In this document: positions 48,958 through 59,440 of the stretch, in pieces
Position numbering within the stretch: position 1 is the stretch's first letter
Layout: each line of letters starts with the position of its first letter
IMG/VR virus record: IMGVR_UViG_3300031707_000001
Location: 146,733-210,732 of that record
Length of the DNA stretch: 64,000 bases
Direction: 5' to 3' (one strand)
Program-made: the position numbers and the translations under genes
Notes under the pieces: generated by a model
Told to the model about the DNA's origin: nothing
The model's input: the letters and a program-made list of their open reading frames with translations, nothing else
Databases searched by the model: none

Positions 48958-49928
48958 ACCTAGCATACCTAGAACAAGTAATTCGGACGAAGTTCGGTAA
49001 GTTCAAAAAGTCTCGTGGAAAACACGGACTGGAATATATCGTACGTTGTCCTTATTGCCACAAGATGGACAAGTTATATCTGAACCCGGCACTGGGAACC
49101 TACCTATGTTTCCGTTGTGGCGAGACAGGTGGACTATCCACTTTGTTGGGCGTGATTGATCAACTCAATAAGGAAATAGCCGTACCTACCTATGCACCTA
49201 TGCCAACCGATGTAGAGATGCCAGGCAATCTGGTGGAGTTGAATGTGTTGGCGTCGGATCATCCGGCAATACGCTACATCAAACATCGTGGGTTCGACCC
49301 CCAAGAGTTGAACGATGTCTTTGGCGTACGCTATTGCACGAACGGTAAGACCTTTGCACATATTTTCAATACGACCAACTCACTGATCTTCCCCATGTGG
49401 ATGCACAGCAAGTTGGTGGGTTGGCAGTCCAGGTTGCTCTACACTCCGGACGAAATGACGGACCAGGAATGTGAACAGATGGGCTTTGCCAAAGACTCCG
49501 ATGGGGACTGGATAAAGCCTCCCAAATATTGGACGAGTCCAGGTTTGCCGAAAGGCCAGATTCTGTTCAATTACGATTGGGCCAGCAAGAGCGAAGTCGT
49601 GGTGCTTTGTGAAGGTACCTTTGACGCCATGGCAGTAGGCCGCTCAGGTGTTGCTGCCCTGGGCAAGGGCGTTACAGAATATCAGACCCGTCTGATTGCC
49701 AATACAAGCACCTGGAAGTTGGCAGTATTATTGCTTGACCCAGGCGATGCAGATAAAGAGATGCTCCAGTTGACACGCACGTTGGCGACCAACATGGATT
49801 ATTTGGAAGTGCAGTTGCAGGGATACAAAGATGCCGGCGAGACGCCCCGCCTGGAAATATGGGCGCAGATCGGACAAGCAGCCTACGAGACGGGCAAAGA
49901 CTTGTTCAAATATAGGATGATCATATGA
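48954..49928 (+). CDS. dnaG: DNA primase (Zn finger + TOPRIM)
   Basis: CPYC..CFRC, PKY, CEGTFDA, LLDPGD and KDAGE motifs. Confidence 0.88.
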   Translation: MNLAYLEQVIRTKFGKFKKSRGKHGLEYIVRCPYCHKMDKLYLNPALGTYLCFRCGETGGLSTLLGVIDQLNKEIAVPTYAPMPTDVEMPGNLVELNVLASDHPAIRYIKHRGFDPQELNDVFGVRYCTNGKTFAHIFNTTNSLIFPMWMHSKLVGWQSRLLYTPDEMTDQECEQMGFAKDSDGDWIKPPKYWTSPGLPKGQILFNYDWASKSEVVVLCEGTFDAMAVGRSGVAALGKGVTEYQTRLIANTSTWKLAVLLLDPGDADKEMLQLTRTLATNMDYLEVQLQGYKDAGETPRLEIWAQIGQAAYETGKDLFKYRMII

Positions 49929-50290
49929 GTCGTTTGTATTCAATGAGCGTTGAGATAAATGGTTATAACCCTAAGTATCGAAGGGCTATTGAAACTGCGT
50001 GTCGTAAAGTATGGACTTTTGACGACGCAGTTTCTAATTGTGCAGTCGCCAAGAGTATCAAAGAGACACACTTAACGATTGGAGCCGGCGATGGGTATCT
50101 ATGCGGCGGAGAATCAGAAGAAGAGTTTACCGATCGTTTGTCGAAAGCCATATGGAAGGCTAATAAAGGCCCGTGTATAGTAAGAGTAAACGCCACATAC
50201 CTCGAAGAACTTCCGTGCGAAAATCATATCAGGGGTCTGAGTGATTACAAGAGCATAATGAAGAGGAAGCATAAATGCGCAAAGCGATAA
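49925..50290 (+). CDS. Hypothetical protein
   Basis: ATGA-coupled ORF. Confidence 0.6.
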   Translation: MSRLYSMSVEINGYNPKYRRAIETACRKVWTFDDAVSNCAVAKSIKETHLTIGAGDGYLCGGESEEEFTDRLSKAIWKANKGPCIVRVNATYLEELPCENHIRGLSDYKSIMKRKHKCAKR

Positions 50291-50607
50291 CCGCATACAA
50301 ACTTGTACGTCAACGTGTCAACGGGACGTTGGGTCCTTTGTTTATCAATCGCCGGCAGGTAATACCTATCGGCAAATGGTTGAAAGCAGAGGACCACCCT
50401 ACTGCGGGATATGCCCGTCGTCCGGGATGGCATGTGACGCTAAATCCTGTGGCTCCGCATTTGAGTTTGAAGGGCCGAACATGGGTGCAAGTGCAGGTGC
50501 GAAGTAAAGGATTGCAAGAACTACATCGGCCGAAAAGCCAAGGCGGTTTGTGGTTGCTGGCCCAATGGATGAAGGTAGAAGGACAATTGCAGGAGTTTCT
50601 ATCATGA
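50275..50607 (+). CDS. Hypothetical phage protein
   Basis: AYKLVR..GTLGPLFIN..RPGWH..QGGLWLLA. Confidence 0.65.
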   Translation: MRKAITAYKLVRQRVNGTLGPLFINRRQVIPIGKWLKAEDHPTAGYARRPGWHVTLNPVAPHLSLKGRTWVQVQVRSKGLQELHRPKSQGGLWLLAQWMKVEGQLQEFLS

Positions 50608-51404
50608 AACGGTTACTTACAACAAGATGCTACTTCGGATTGGGTGATTGGGTTATGATGCAATCAGCGCTGAAGGCTGTAAATCGTTGCTATCCTGATT
50701 TGGCTATTGATTTGGACGTTACAAAAGTACCGTTGTGGTTTCAACTCCTGGTGCTTAATTTTGACGCCAGGGTTGCCTTTGTACGGAATCCAAATCCTGC
50801 GGCCTATGACTATGTTAGTGGGCACGTTATATATGCCGGACCACGTCCGATTGTGGATGACAGACCCATTCATCTTATTGATAGTATGGTACGCAATATA
50901 TCAAAGAAGACTGGGTTACTGTTACAGTGGAGCGGTGAATTAGCCAGCTACACCGGATATACGGAACAGCATGGTGAGTTGCCCAAACATTATGTGCTTA
51001 TGTCTAATAAAGGTAATCCAGACAATCCACGAAAAGATTGGGCAAAGGAAAACTTTGAAGACCTGGCAAACAAATTGGCACCAGATATACCGATCGTTCA
51101 AATTGGTCGGCGGGGTGATACCAAAATACAAGCAGCAACTTATTGTGGGTTTGACCTTTCTCCTATGGGTATACAGGCCTTCATAAATGGTGCAACCGTT
51201 GTGGTTTCAATTGAGAATGGTATTAGCCATTGGGCCGGTCATTTAGGTAAAAATACAGTAACTCTATACTTAGACAAAGGCGGATGTTTGCCAGCATATA
51301 CTGGCTACCCACACCAGGTAGGACTTACAGATGAAGTTATAAGCGTAGGTGCTGTACACCATCAGGTATTGAGGTTACTGGACAAGGAAATAACTGTCAT
51401 ATGA
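50604..51404 (+). CDS. Second GT9-like glycosyltransferase
   Basis: GLGDWVM, KDW, VQIG and ENGISHWAGHLGK motifs. Confidence 0.8.
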   Translation: MKRLLTTRCYFGLGDWVMMQSALKAVNRCYPDLAIDLDVTKVPLWFQLLVLNFDARVAFVRNPNPAAYDYVSGHVIYAGPRPIVDDRPIHLIDSMVRNISKKTGLLLQWSGELASYTGYTEQHGELPKHYVLMSNKGNPDNPRKDWAKENFEDLANKLAPDIPIVQIGRRGDTKIQAATYCGFDLSPMGIQAFINGATVVVSIENGISHWAGHLGKNTVTLYLDKGGCLPAYTGYPHQVGLTDEVISVGAVHHQVLRLLDKEITVI

Positions 51405-53581
51405 GTGAAGAAACAGAAATTACGTGGCTTGAGCACACGATGGAAGTCGCCGGGGTAAAGTGGATAAAAGGCTATGGACCACTCCCTGCTGACATCATGT
51501 TCGTCGGAGAACGTCCAGGCGATGACGAGCAGCGCTATGGTGCTGTATTTACCGGACCGTCCGGGAAACTGCTATTTACGCTGCTGCGTACCGTGGGGTT
51601 GGATGAAAGCAAATGCTACTTCACCAACGCTGTTAAGTACATGCCTCGAAACAAGAAGGCACTCAATGCTGGCGATACCAAAAAGTGCCAGCCCATTCTC
51701 CACGAGGAGATTAAGCGGGGCCAACCCAAGATTATCGTTTGCCTGGGCGCTGTGGCATTGAAAGCTGTAATGGGTAAGAACTTCTTGCTTAGCGACTACC
51801 GAGGAGCTGTGGTGGATCATCCAACTATGGCAGGTACTCGTGTATTTTGTACCTATAACCCCGCATATGTACTGCGCAATCCTGCGGCCGAAGAAACCTT
51901 CAAACGTGACTTCGAGTCGTTGGCCAGGGTGTACGGCGGCGGTACGATTGCATCGGATGTGACTACATATGAGGTAATCCAGACCGTTGAACATTTGAGA
52001 GCTTTCAAGGATTTTCTCTTTGCTACTTACGATAAGCCAATCATCTCGCTAGACTGCGAATGGCACGGAGCGACTTGGATGTCCAAGCACAAGTACATAC
52101 GTACTGTGCAATTAGGATTCAAGATTGGCGCCGCCGTGATTGTCAAGTTTACAGGTGAGAATGGCGTTCAAGCTATGGATTTTCCAGAAGAAGCCTGGAA
52201 GGTTCTTAAGGAGATTCTGGAAGATCCACGGGTTGCCTTGATTGGACAGAACATCATTTCGGACGGTCAATGGCTTTTGCAATATGATATTGATATTCGT
52301 CCACGTGTAGCCTATGACACCATGCTTGCAGAGTATCTGCTTAATGAGTCTGGGCCTTTTGGTTTGGAAGAGCTGACACTCAAGTATACAAACATGGGAC
52401 GTTATGACTTGGATGTGATGCGTTGGAAGAAGGATCATAAGGTAGAATGTGCTGATGGATTTGGTCCTATTCCTGATGAACTATTGCTTCCATATGGCGC
52501 CAAGGATGTAGACGCTCCATTGCGTATTGTTCAAAAGCAAATGCCATTGCTTGAGAAATTCATGGTGCCTAGAGGCGAGTATCCCAGTTTGTGGGATACT
52601 ACGATGCAGACACAGGAAACACTATACGAAATCGAAATGACCGGCATGGCAGTTGATCCGGAACGCTTGAGCATACTGACTAAGGCCTATAACGAAAAAT
52701 TGATCGGGCTGGAAAGTCAAATCAGAACAGCAGCATTGCAATATGGCATGGAAGACTTCAATTACAATTCTACACGCCAGGTTTGCGATCTACTGTTTGC
52801 TCGTTTGCACCTAATGCCAATCAAAACGACGAAAGGTAAGAAGTGGGACGAATTTGCACCCTACGAAACGTCAGGGGTAGATAATCGCACACCTTCCACG
52901 GATCACAATACTCTGGAAATTCTCCAGGACAAGCATCCGCTTGTGAAGATGTTGCTGAACCTTCGACGTGTGGGTACGGTCGTCAAATACTTCTTGCGTG
53001 AAGATGACGAAAGCGAAAGCGAAGAAGCAGAAGAGAACCAGAACAAAACCGGTGGCGGTATAGCTTCGAAGATTTGGACAGATGGAAGGCTCCATCCCCA
53101 CTTTTCCCAGCTGTCCGAAACCGGACGGTTCAAAACTAGCAAACCGAACTGTCAGAACTGGCCGAAGAAGGCTGAAGGCTACATGTCGGAGATCTTTGGC
53201 GGCAAGGATAAACTTCCACCACTGATTCGAACTATTGTAGTGCCTACGACCGGCATGGTGATGATGGAAGCGGACTTCGAACAGGCAGAATTGTTCGTGT
53301 TGGCAGCATTATCTCATGACAAAAACATGATGGGTGCACTGACAACTCCGGGCAAGGATTTGCATGATTTGACAGCAATCAACGCCTTCAACCTGCAGGT
53401 GCTTATACCTGACGGCAAGGTAGCCGACGAGGCTTTTATGTTGGACCTGGCAAAGCGTGACAAAGAAGCCTTCGAAGTCTATCGAAAAACGTTGGTCTAT
53501 GTGGATCAGCGTGGCAAGCGCATGACTCGTGCAGAATTCAAGGATACTATTCGGGTGAGTGCAAAAAACCTGAATTTCGGT
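51401..53581 (+). CDS. polA: DNA polymerase A exon 1 (family-4 UDG-like + 3'-5' exonuclease + polymerase domains)
   Basis: VGERPG, TNAVK, SLDCE, YDTM, YGAKD, TGRF..SKPNCQN, ADFEQAEL; ends SAKNLNFG. Confidence 0.93.
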
Positions 53582-54308
53582 TAAAAGGGATTGCCATAGT
53601 TAGGTGATTGTGCTAAATTGTATCTATGAAAAAGATAATCAAATATCTAATTTGTGTGGACTGCCAAAAACAGTTCCGTTTCATAGGTAGAACTAAGGCA
53701 TTGCGCTGTGTATCGTGTCGTCGTAAGTATGCGAGTAAATATCAAATGCTTTGGCGACTAGCTCGGAATCCATCCATACAAATGGGTGTTGGTAGCGGGG
53801 GACATCAATGGCGTAAGGACAATCACATGTGGAAAGGTGGAAAACGTCCGAAATATATTGGTAACTACCGAAGCCGATGCTTTAGGCGTTGGCAACGTCG
53901 ATGTGTTATTTGTGGGAGTACTCGTGGAATCCACGTGCATCATGCTGATGGCGATACCGCTAATTTGCATGTATGTAATTTGATTCCTGTGTGTACACGA
54001 CACCACAAACAATTGCATCGATCCAAAGGCAGACTTACCAAAACGGAACGTTTAACACTGCTCTTCAAATTATGGCCTAAAGGCCGAAGTAAAATTGCGG
54101 AACTAAGCGGGAACCCTGAAATGGGAATCCGAACCGAAGGCTGTAATGTTTATGCAGTACAGTCAGGGGCAACGACTAGGGGTGAGGAAACAATAATCCC
54201 CCAAGAGGCCGCAACATCATGAAGTTACATGGTGAAAAGATAGTCTGGGCTGCAACGAAAAACAAGTTGCAGAATTGTTGGATAAAAAGCCAACAAGTTA
54301 ACAAACCG
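53582..54308 (+). mobile_element. Group I intron 1 in polA (727 nt)
   Basis: Exon ends in U and intron ends in G; IGS GGGATTGCC (P1 with GGT, P10 with ATCCC); P3 TTGCGG/CCGCAA; P7 GACTA/TAGTC; splicing restores NFG-IPYG. Confidence 0.92.
53626..54222 (+). CDS. Intron-encoded HNH endonuclease
   Basis: CVICG...HVHHADGDTANLHVCNLIPVCTRHH. Confidence 0.9.
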   Translation: MKKIIKYLICVDCQKQFRFIGRTKALRCVSCRRKYASKYQMLWRLARNPSIQMGVGSGGHQWRKDNHMWKGGKRPKYIGNYRSRCFRRWQRRCVICGSTRGIHVHHADGDTANLHVCNLIPVCTRHHKQLHRSKGRLTKTERLTLLFKLWPKGRSKIAELSGNPEMGIRTEGCNVYAVQSGATTRGEETIIPQEAATS

Positions 54309-54587
54309 ATCCCGTATGGAAGAGGCGCACGAGATATTGCAAGACAGGTAAAGGGTGAAACGGGCTCAGCCACGCCACTTGATCAGCTAGAAGCCGAAAT
54401 CGAAACGATGACAACAACCTGGAAGGAAGTATCCTACCCCGATGCCTGGAAATATATGTGTGAATGTGGCAAAGCGGTAACGGATCCGGGTTACCTTGTG
54501 ACTCCGTGGGGCCGTATGCGAAGGTTCCCGACGATCAAGGACGAAGACCTCTTGAATGGAATGCAGCGAGAGGCACAGAACTTCCCT
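54309..54587 (+). CDS. polA: DNA polymerase A exon 2
   Basis: IPYGRGA...GYLVTPWGRMRRF...REAQNFP. Confidence 0.92.
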
Positions 54588-55571
54588 TAAACAGATGAAT
54601 AGGGGAAATAAAACGGGGTGAATTCAGGGAAAGCCGGATAACAGAATATCTGCTATTGACATTAAATACGCAATAAGGTATTGTAGCAGATATTGGTAAT
54701 CCTGAGCCTAGCCAGTGAAGTGATTTGCTGGAAGGTGCAACGACTAGCACTCGAGTCTTGTAGAAGACAGTAATAGTGCCACGAGCGCCCTGACTCAGAA
54801 TCGAAACTGAGTATGATATAGTCTGGACTGATACAACTGTTAGGTGTGTATGAAATTGTGTAAAGACTGCGGCAAAGAACCTTGTTTGAAAATGCTGATA
54901 AAGCATAACTCCGAGTATTATCCTCGGTGTCAGGCCTGTGATAGAAAATATAACCGTGAACGTGCTAGAAAACTTAGATTGAAAGCGCAGAAAAAAGAGT
55001 TACTTCAAAATTCCAAACTTGAGAAAACAGGCTGGAAACGCTGTAGTAATTGCTTTAAGAAAAAGACGCTATTTGAGTTTTCGACACGCTACGGTAAGCG
55101 AGGAGGTAAACTGCATAAGATTTGTGATACTTGTCTTTCCCGGTTGTTAGCTAGCAACCGAAAAGATATGGATCAGTTTACCCCCAAATTTTGGCGTTCG
55201 AGGGCCTATGCTTGTAACTCAACATATCGGTATCATCAAAAACGATTGAAACAACGAGTAGTTCCGCTTGCTGATTTAGCGTATGTCATAAAACCTCAAC
55301 AGTTAGTTGAGTTATACAAAAAGCAAGATGGTAAGTGCTGCTATTGCTACGTAACGTTGACCACACGTAATCTTTCTTGTGATCACGCTATTGCAATCGT
55401 TAATCAAGGTTCACATCACATTAGAAATATTCGACTAACGTGTCGGGATTGCAATAATCTTAAATGGACACGTAACGAAAACGAATTTGTCGAATTTTTA
55501 AGAGTCTACGCACAACGAATACTCGAAGTATCAGAATTGCGGGATAAAGAACCTGCAAGATAACACGAACG
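54588..55571 (+). mobile_element. Group I intron 2 in polA (984 nt)
   Basis: P1 TTCCCT/GGGGAA with U-G; P10 TGAAT/ATTCA; P4 CAGG/CCTG; P7 GACTA/TAGTC; terminal G; splicing restores NFP-IQSTVAD. Confidence 0.92.
54850..55563 (+). CDS. Intron-encoded HNH endonuclease
   Basis: QDGKCCYC...CDHAIAIVNQGSHHIRNIRLTCRDCNNLK. Confidence 0.9.
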   Translation: MKLCKDCGKEPCLKMLIKHNSEYYPRCQACDRKYNRERARKLRLKAQKKELLQNSKLEKTGWKRCSNCFKKKTLFEFSTRYGKRGGKLHKICDTCLSRLLASNRKDMDQFTPKFWRSRAYACNSTYRYHQKRLKQRVVPLADLAYVIKPQQLVELYKKQDGKCCYCYVTLTTRNLSCDHAIAIVNQGSHHIRNIRLTCRDCNNLKWTRNENEFVEFLRVYAQRILEVSELRDKEPAR

Positions 55572-55847
55572 ATTCAAAGTACAGTCGCTGATACCTGCAT
55601 GATAGCCATGATACGCATGCGACAGTACCGGACGAAGTATGGGCTCCACTTCCGCATCATCAATCAGATTCACGATGCAGTAATGGTGGAAACCCCCGAA
55701 AACGAAATCGAAGCTACGAAAACGATGTTTAAGGATACAATGGCCAACATAAAAATACCAGTGACTAACAGTGAACCATTGATATTGGGAATAGATATCT
55801 CGATACTGGATCGCTGGGGTCAGAAAAGAAGTAAGAAAGAGGACTAG
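55572..55847 (+). CDS. polA: DNA polymerase A exon 3
   Basis: IQSTVAD...QIHDAVMVE (motif C). Confidence 0.92.
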   Translation: MQSTVADTCMIAMIRMRQYRTKYGLHFRIINQIHDAVMVETPENEIEATKTMFKDTMANIKIPVTNSEPLILGIDISILDRWGQKRSKKED

Positions 55848-55848
55848 T

Positions 55849-57210
55849 ATGGGACTCAACAATCAAGTAAAATCAGCAGCCAGTGGTGGCAGTGATCGCA
55901 AGTTCATATTCAAGGATGGGGTACGGTACCGTCATATGACCGGAAAAGATCCGATTGTATTTCGGATTCTACCCTCCTTCAATCCGAACGATTCGAATCC
56001 TGCAACGTCCTATCTGCCGTTCATGTTGCCTGGAGACGTGCTCTCCGATTGGGGAAGTGTACTGTACATTTCCCGGTTTATCGGACACGGCAAGGGTGGC
56101 AACGGTACGAGACAGGATATTCTCTCGCTGCGTACAGATGCCAATAAGGAGACATTTGATCCTTTGACGCATCTGCACAAGGCTATCTCACAGATGTCCG
56201 CTGATTGGGGATATCTGCTGGAAGATTCGAAGGACCCGACAGGCAAGCTTCGGGAGAGGGCGGCATTCAGCAAGCCCCTTCCGCACTTCGTCTGCAACAT
56301 TTGGGACTTCAACAAGCCAACAGCGGGTGTGCAGCTGGCGTGCTTCACGTCAAGTGCGTACATGTCAATGTTCAATGCGAAGACCGGATTAGTCTACCTG
56401 CGCATTAACCTGGTAGACGAGTCGATCTTGCAGCAGAACTATCTGGCCGGATATGCGGTCGGTGATCTCACCTGCCCGGTAAACGGTCCAGCACTGCTGT
56501 GCGCAAAAGGCAACGACCAGGGAGAATTCTCCAAGTATGCAGTAACGTTGGCACAGGACCAGACCGGCCGGATCATCAAGCGAGTATTGGGACAGGATCT
56601 CCTGGCTCAACGCTACAACCTCAGTAAGTTGGACGTGGTCGTAAACGTTCCAACGGAAGAGGAGATCATCCAGGCCCTGGTATCGGTACTGAATATGAGA
56701 AGCCCTCAAGGCTATCATGAGTACGCCCTTCTGAAGCAGGCGTTTCCGACATATCGGATACCTGATCCGCCAACAGCACCCGGACTTATGCCGATGGTAC
56801 AAAGCGGCTTTGGAGGTAATCCGGCACAGGGGCCATCCAATGTGGGATTGGCAATCCAGCCAACAGGAGCGATATCATCTGCTCCGCCACCTCAGCTGAA
56901 CTATGCTATGCCGCCGGCATTACAGCCTCCGATGGCTCCGGCAATACCGAGTACGCCACCACCACCATATGTGCCTCCAATGGCTCCTCCAGCGGCTCCA
57001 TTAGCCCCTGTAGCACCTCCAATGTCGGCACCCGCTGTAACACCCTCACCTGAGGCGATTGCAGCAGCAGCGAATGCTATGGCAGCAAACCCACAAGTTG
57101 TGCTGCCCAACCAGCTACAACCTGTAGCACCTGGTGATGATGTAGGGGCTAAGTCGTTTAATAAGAACGACTTCCTAGGTAGACTCCAGCAAATGGCTGG
57201 ACATAAGTAG
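55849..57210 (+). CDS. Putative ssDNA-binding protein with long Pro/Ala-rich tail
   Basis: VFRILP near the N-terminus as in phage SSBs; lies between polA and recA. Confidence 0.45.
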   Translation: MGLNNQVKSAASGGSDRKFIFKDGVRYRHMTGKDPIVFRILPSFNPNDSNPATSYLPFMLPGDVLSDWGSVLYISRFIGHGKGGNGTRQDILSLRTDANKETFDPLTHLHKAISQMSADWGYLLEDSKDPTGKLRERAAFSKPLPHFVCNIWDFNKPTAGVQLACFTSSAYMSMFNAKTGLVYLRINLVDESILQQNYLAGYAVGDLTCPVNGPALLCAKGNDQGEFSKYAVTLAQDQTGRIIKRVLGQDLLAQRYNLSKLDVVVNVPTEEEIIQALVSVLNMRSPQGYHEYALLKQAFPTYRIPDPPTAPGLMPMVQSGFGGNPAQGPSNVGLAIQPTGAISSAPPPQLNYAMPPALQPPMAPAIPSTPPPPYVPPMAPPAAPLAPVAPPMSAPAVTPSPEAIAAAANAMAANPQVVLPNQLQPVAPGDDVGAKSFNKNDFLGRLQQMAGHK

Positions 57211-57221
57211 CGAATACCAAC

Positions 57222-57254
57222 AAGGCAGGGGAGACAGCTCCCCTGCCTTCCTTT
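57222..57254 (+). terminator. Hairpin, probable terminator
   Basis: AAGGCAGGGGAG-ACAG-CTCCCCTGCCTT-CCTTT. Confidence 0.7.
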
Positions 57255-57266
57255 AAGAGGTGATTC

Positions 57267-58601
57267 ATGGGACGCAAGAAGAAGGAATTGATTCCTACAT
57301 CAACGGGCAGTCGGGCCCAAGAGTTGATCGCTTCGTTGAAAAAAGGCGATCATACAATCAGCACAGCACAAGGTATAAGTGCCAACTGGCACTATATCGA
57401 TTTTGCAAATGTCAAACTGGGTATTCCCATCTTGGCACTTGAATGGTTATTCGGCAGCAGAGGTTTATTGGCCGGCCGAATTCTGCAGTTGCGGGCAACG
57501 TTCAGCAAGGGCAAGAGTTCATTCATGTATGCTTTCTATGCAATGGCACAGAAGCAACATAAAGCGTGGTGCATGCATATTGAAACTGAAGGCGCTGCTT
57601 CGCCGTCTGATTATGTTGCCTCATTTGGGTGTGACATAGAAGACCTGGTAATGGCGGAAATTGCCTCTCTTCAGGATTGCACTAGCGCTATCGACGACCT
57701 GATCGGACGAATTCGTGGTGGGTTCGGAGGGTCGATAAGTGAGAAAACAGGCCAGCCAGTCAAAACGGTATATGACGATCCTCGGGATGCTACGATGAAA
57801 TCTCCCATCGTTATAGGTATTGATTCACTTAGTGCTTTGGGTTTGGAAACCCAGGTAAAAGAAGATGTAGCAGATATGACTAGTACACCAGGTATGGCGC
57901 AGCATTCCCGTCTTCTACGGGACTGGTTTCGCCGGCGCTGTCATCGTTTCATGTCTACACAGACTACGCTGATTCTAACGTCACACGAGACAGCCAAAAT
58001 ATCTGTAGGAAAAGCTTCTTGGGGCGGACCACAGAAAAGTGCTTTGGCCCAGGAAGCTATTGGCATCCATGCTACCTACGGCGCCGATGTGAATGCAAGC
58101 CCATATAAGGATAAGGGAAAAGGCATTACATTGGGCGATGTCATTACAATCAAGACGTTCAAGAACAAGATCTCGCCTCGTGGACGGGAATTGGAAATGT
58201 ACCTAGTTTGGAACGAAGGGTTTGACTGGATCAAAACCGAAGCAGAATTCCTATTGAGGCATTCGGCTTCTCCGTTTGCAGATGGTACATTAGGCAAGTG
58301 CTATAAGCATGCTCATGGCATCACATGCGATCGCTTGGGCGTTGAGAATTTTCCTACCGAAGAAGAGTTCGTAAAGGCGTTCCATGCCAATGCAGAATTG
58401 GTAAGGATATGCCGGGAAAAATTGCGCATACGTGGTTTCGGATTCGAATTCGAAGCCAAATACCAGCCCTCACCTACAGAGGTAGAGGATAGTAAAGAGG
58501 AACACGACGATGGGGTGGAAGGAAACGCAGAAACGGTACCAGAACCTGGAGACGCTGAACGACCAGAAGGACGAGGACCTGATAGCACGCCGAGTGCTTA
58601 A
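57267..58601 (+). CDS. recA: RecA/UvsX-like recombinase
   Basis: GLLAGRI, ATFSKGKSS, IETEGA, IGIDSL and FKNKISP motifs. Confidence 0.85.
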   Translation: MGRKKKELIPTSTGSRAQELIASLKKGDHTISTAQGISANWHYIDFANVKLGIPILALEWLFGSRGLLAGRILQLRATFSKGKSSFMYAFYAMAQKQHKAWCMHIETEGAASPSDYVASFGCDIEDLVMAEIASLQDCTSAIDDLIGRIRGGFGGSISEKTGQPVKTVYDDPRDATMKSPIVIGIDSLSALGLETQVKEDVADMTSTPGMAQHSRLLRDWFRRRCHRFMSTQTTLILTSHETAKISVGKASWGGPQKSALAQEAIGIHATYGADVNASPYKDKGKGITLGDVITIKTFKNKISPRGRELEMYLVWNEGFDWIKTEAEFLLRHSASPFADGTLGKCYKHAHGITCDRLGVENFPTEEEFVKAFHANAELVRICREKLRIRGFGFEFEAKYQPSPTEVEDSKEEHDDGVEGNAETVPEPGDAERPEGRGPDSTPSA

Positions 58602-59055
58602 CGCCTTGCACATTCCGGTCAAGCAACTCCATATTGTGGAACGAAGGCTGTTTCAAGACCCACAATTCGATACGGCGCTTTGGCCTCGTACCAGGCGAGT
58701 TTTGGAATATGCCTTACGTATTGAATGTAACGATCTATATCGTGGTTGGCATATTGAAGTGTGTGAAAGCGATCATACACACAAGGATGCATTGGATCGT
58801 ATGGTGATAGGTATAGATAGTGCCAACGGACAGCTTCCGTTGCTTATTACTCGATTCAAAGGTACGACGTCATCCTACATATATTCGGTATGGCTTCCTG
58901 AACAACTGGACAGGTTAAGTCCTCCTTTCAGCGTGCTGGTGGCGTCTGGACCTAACAATCGCCATTGGGTTGTACTACAAGAGACAACAATATTCCTTGG
59001 CAGACTGGGCTTGGGTATTGTTTTTGATGAGGTGCTTGAACATGAAGAATCTTAG
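58510..59055 (+). CDS. Hypothetical protein
   Basis: ORF overlapping the recA 3' end. Confidence 0.55.
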   Translation: MGWKETQKRYQNLETLNDQKDEDLIARRVLNALHIPVKQLHIVERRLFQDPQFDTALWPRTRRVLEYALRIECNDLYRGWHIEVCESDHTHKDALDRMVIGIDSANGQLPLLITRFKGTTSSYIYSVWLPEQLDRLSPPFSVLVASGPNNRHWVVLQETTIFLGRLGLGIVFDEVLEHEES

Positions 59056-59440
59056 AAAACATCTCAGTTTGTACTATTGGGCCGGTGAAGACGAATTCCA
59101 CGTAGAGTCTTTGTTCAAACCATTGGACGTTGAACACTACTACCTAATTCGACGTTTGCCTTTGGCAGAAATGCTAGGCAAGACACCGGTAGAGTTGGCA
59201 GAAGAGTTGATTGGAATGACCACGAGCGTTGACTGGCGGGGTCAACATCGTCGTCCCATCATGTGCGGTGACATCTTTTGCCAAGGCGAACAAGCATGGA
59301 TATACGTCAGAGCGAAGGAATTTGAAGCCTGCGATCCTTCAGTACGGGGAAATACTCCTGTACTTCCGCTGCAGACTTGGCCTAACTACGCCATAGTGAG
59401 TTTGTTAACCGACAGTGCGAGGAAACTTCTATGCAAATAG
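59042..59440 (+). CDS. Hypothetical protein
   Basis: GAGG RBS then ATG at 59042. Confidence 0.55.
   Translation: MKNLRKHLSLYYWAGEDEFHVESLFKPLDVEHYYLIRRLPLAEMLGKTPVELAEELIGMTTSVDWRGQHRRPIMCGDIFCQGEQAWIYVRAKEFEACDPSVRGNTPVLPLQTWPNYAIVSLLTDSARKLLCK

Noticed and set aside
54219-54308. N-terminal 30 aa of track ORF 54219-54590
   Set aside because: This is intron sequence; real coding starts at 54309.
53582-55571. polA as a pseudogene, frameshifted gene or stop-codon readthrough
   Set aside because: Both breaks have full group I hallmarks and splicing restores the motifs in frame.
56761-57140. CCN/GCN-rich DNA repeat
   Set aside because: Explained by a Pro/Ala low-complexity protein tail.
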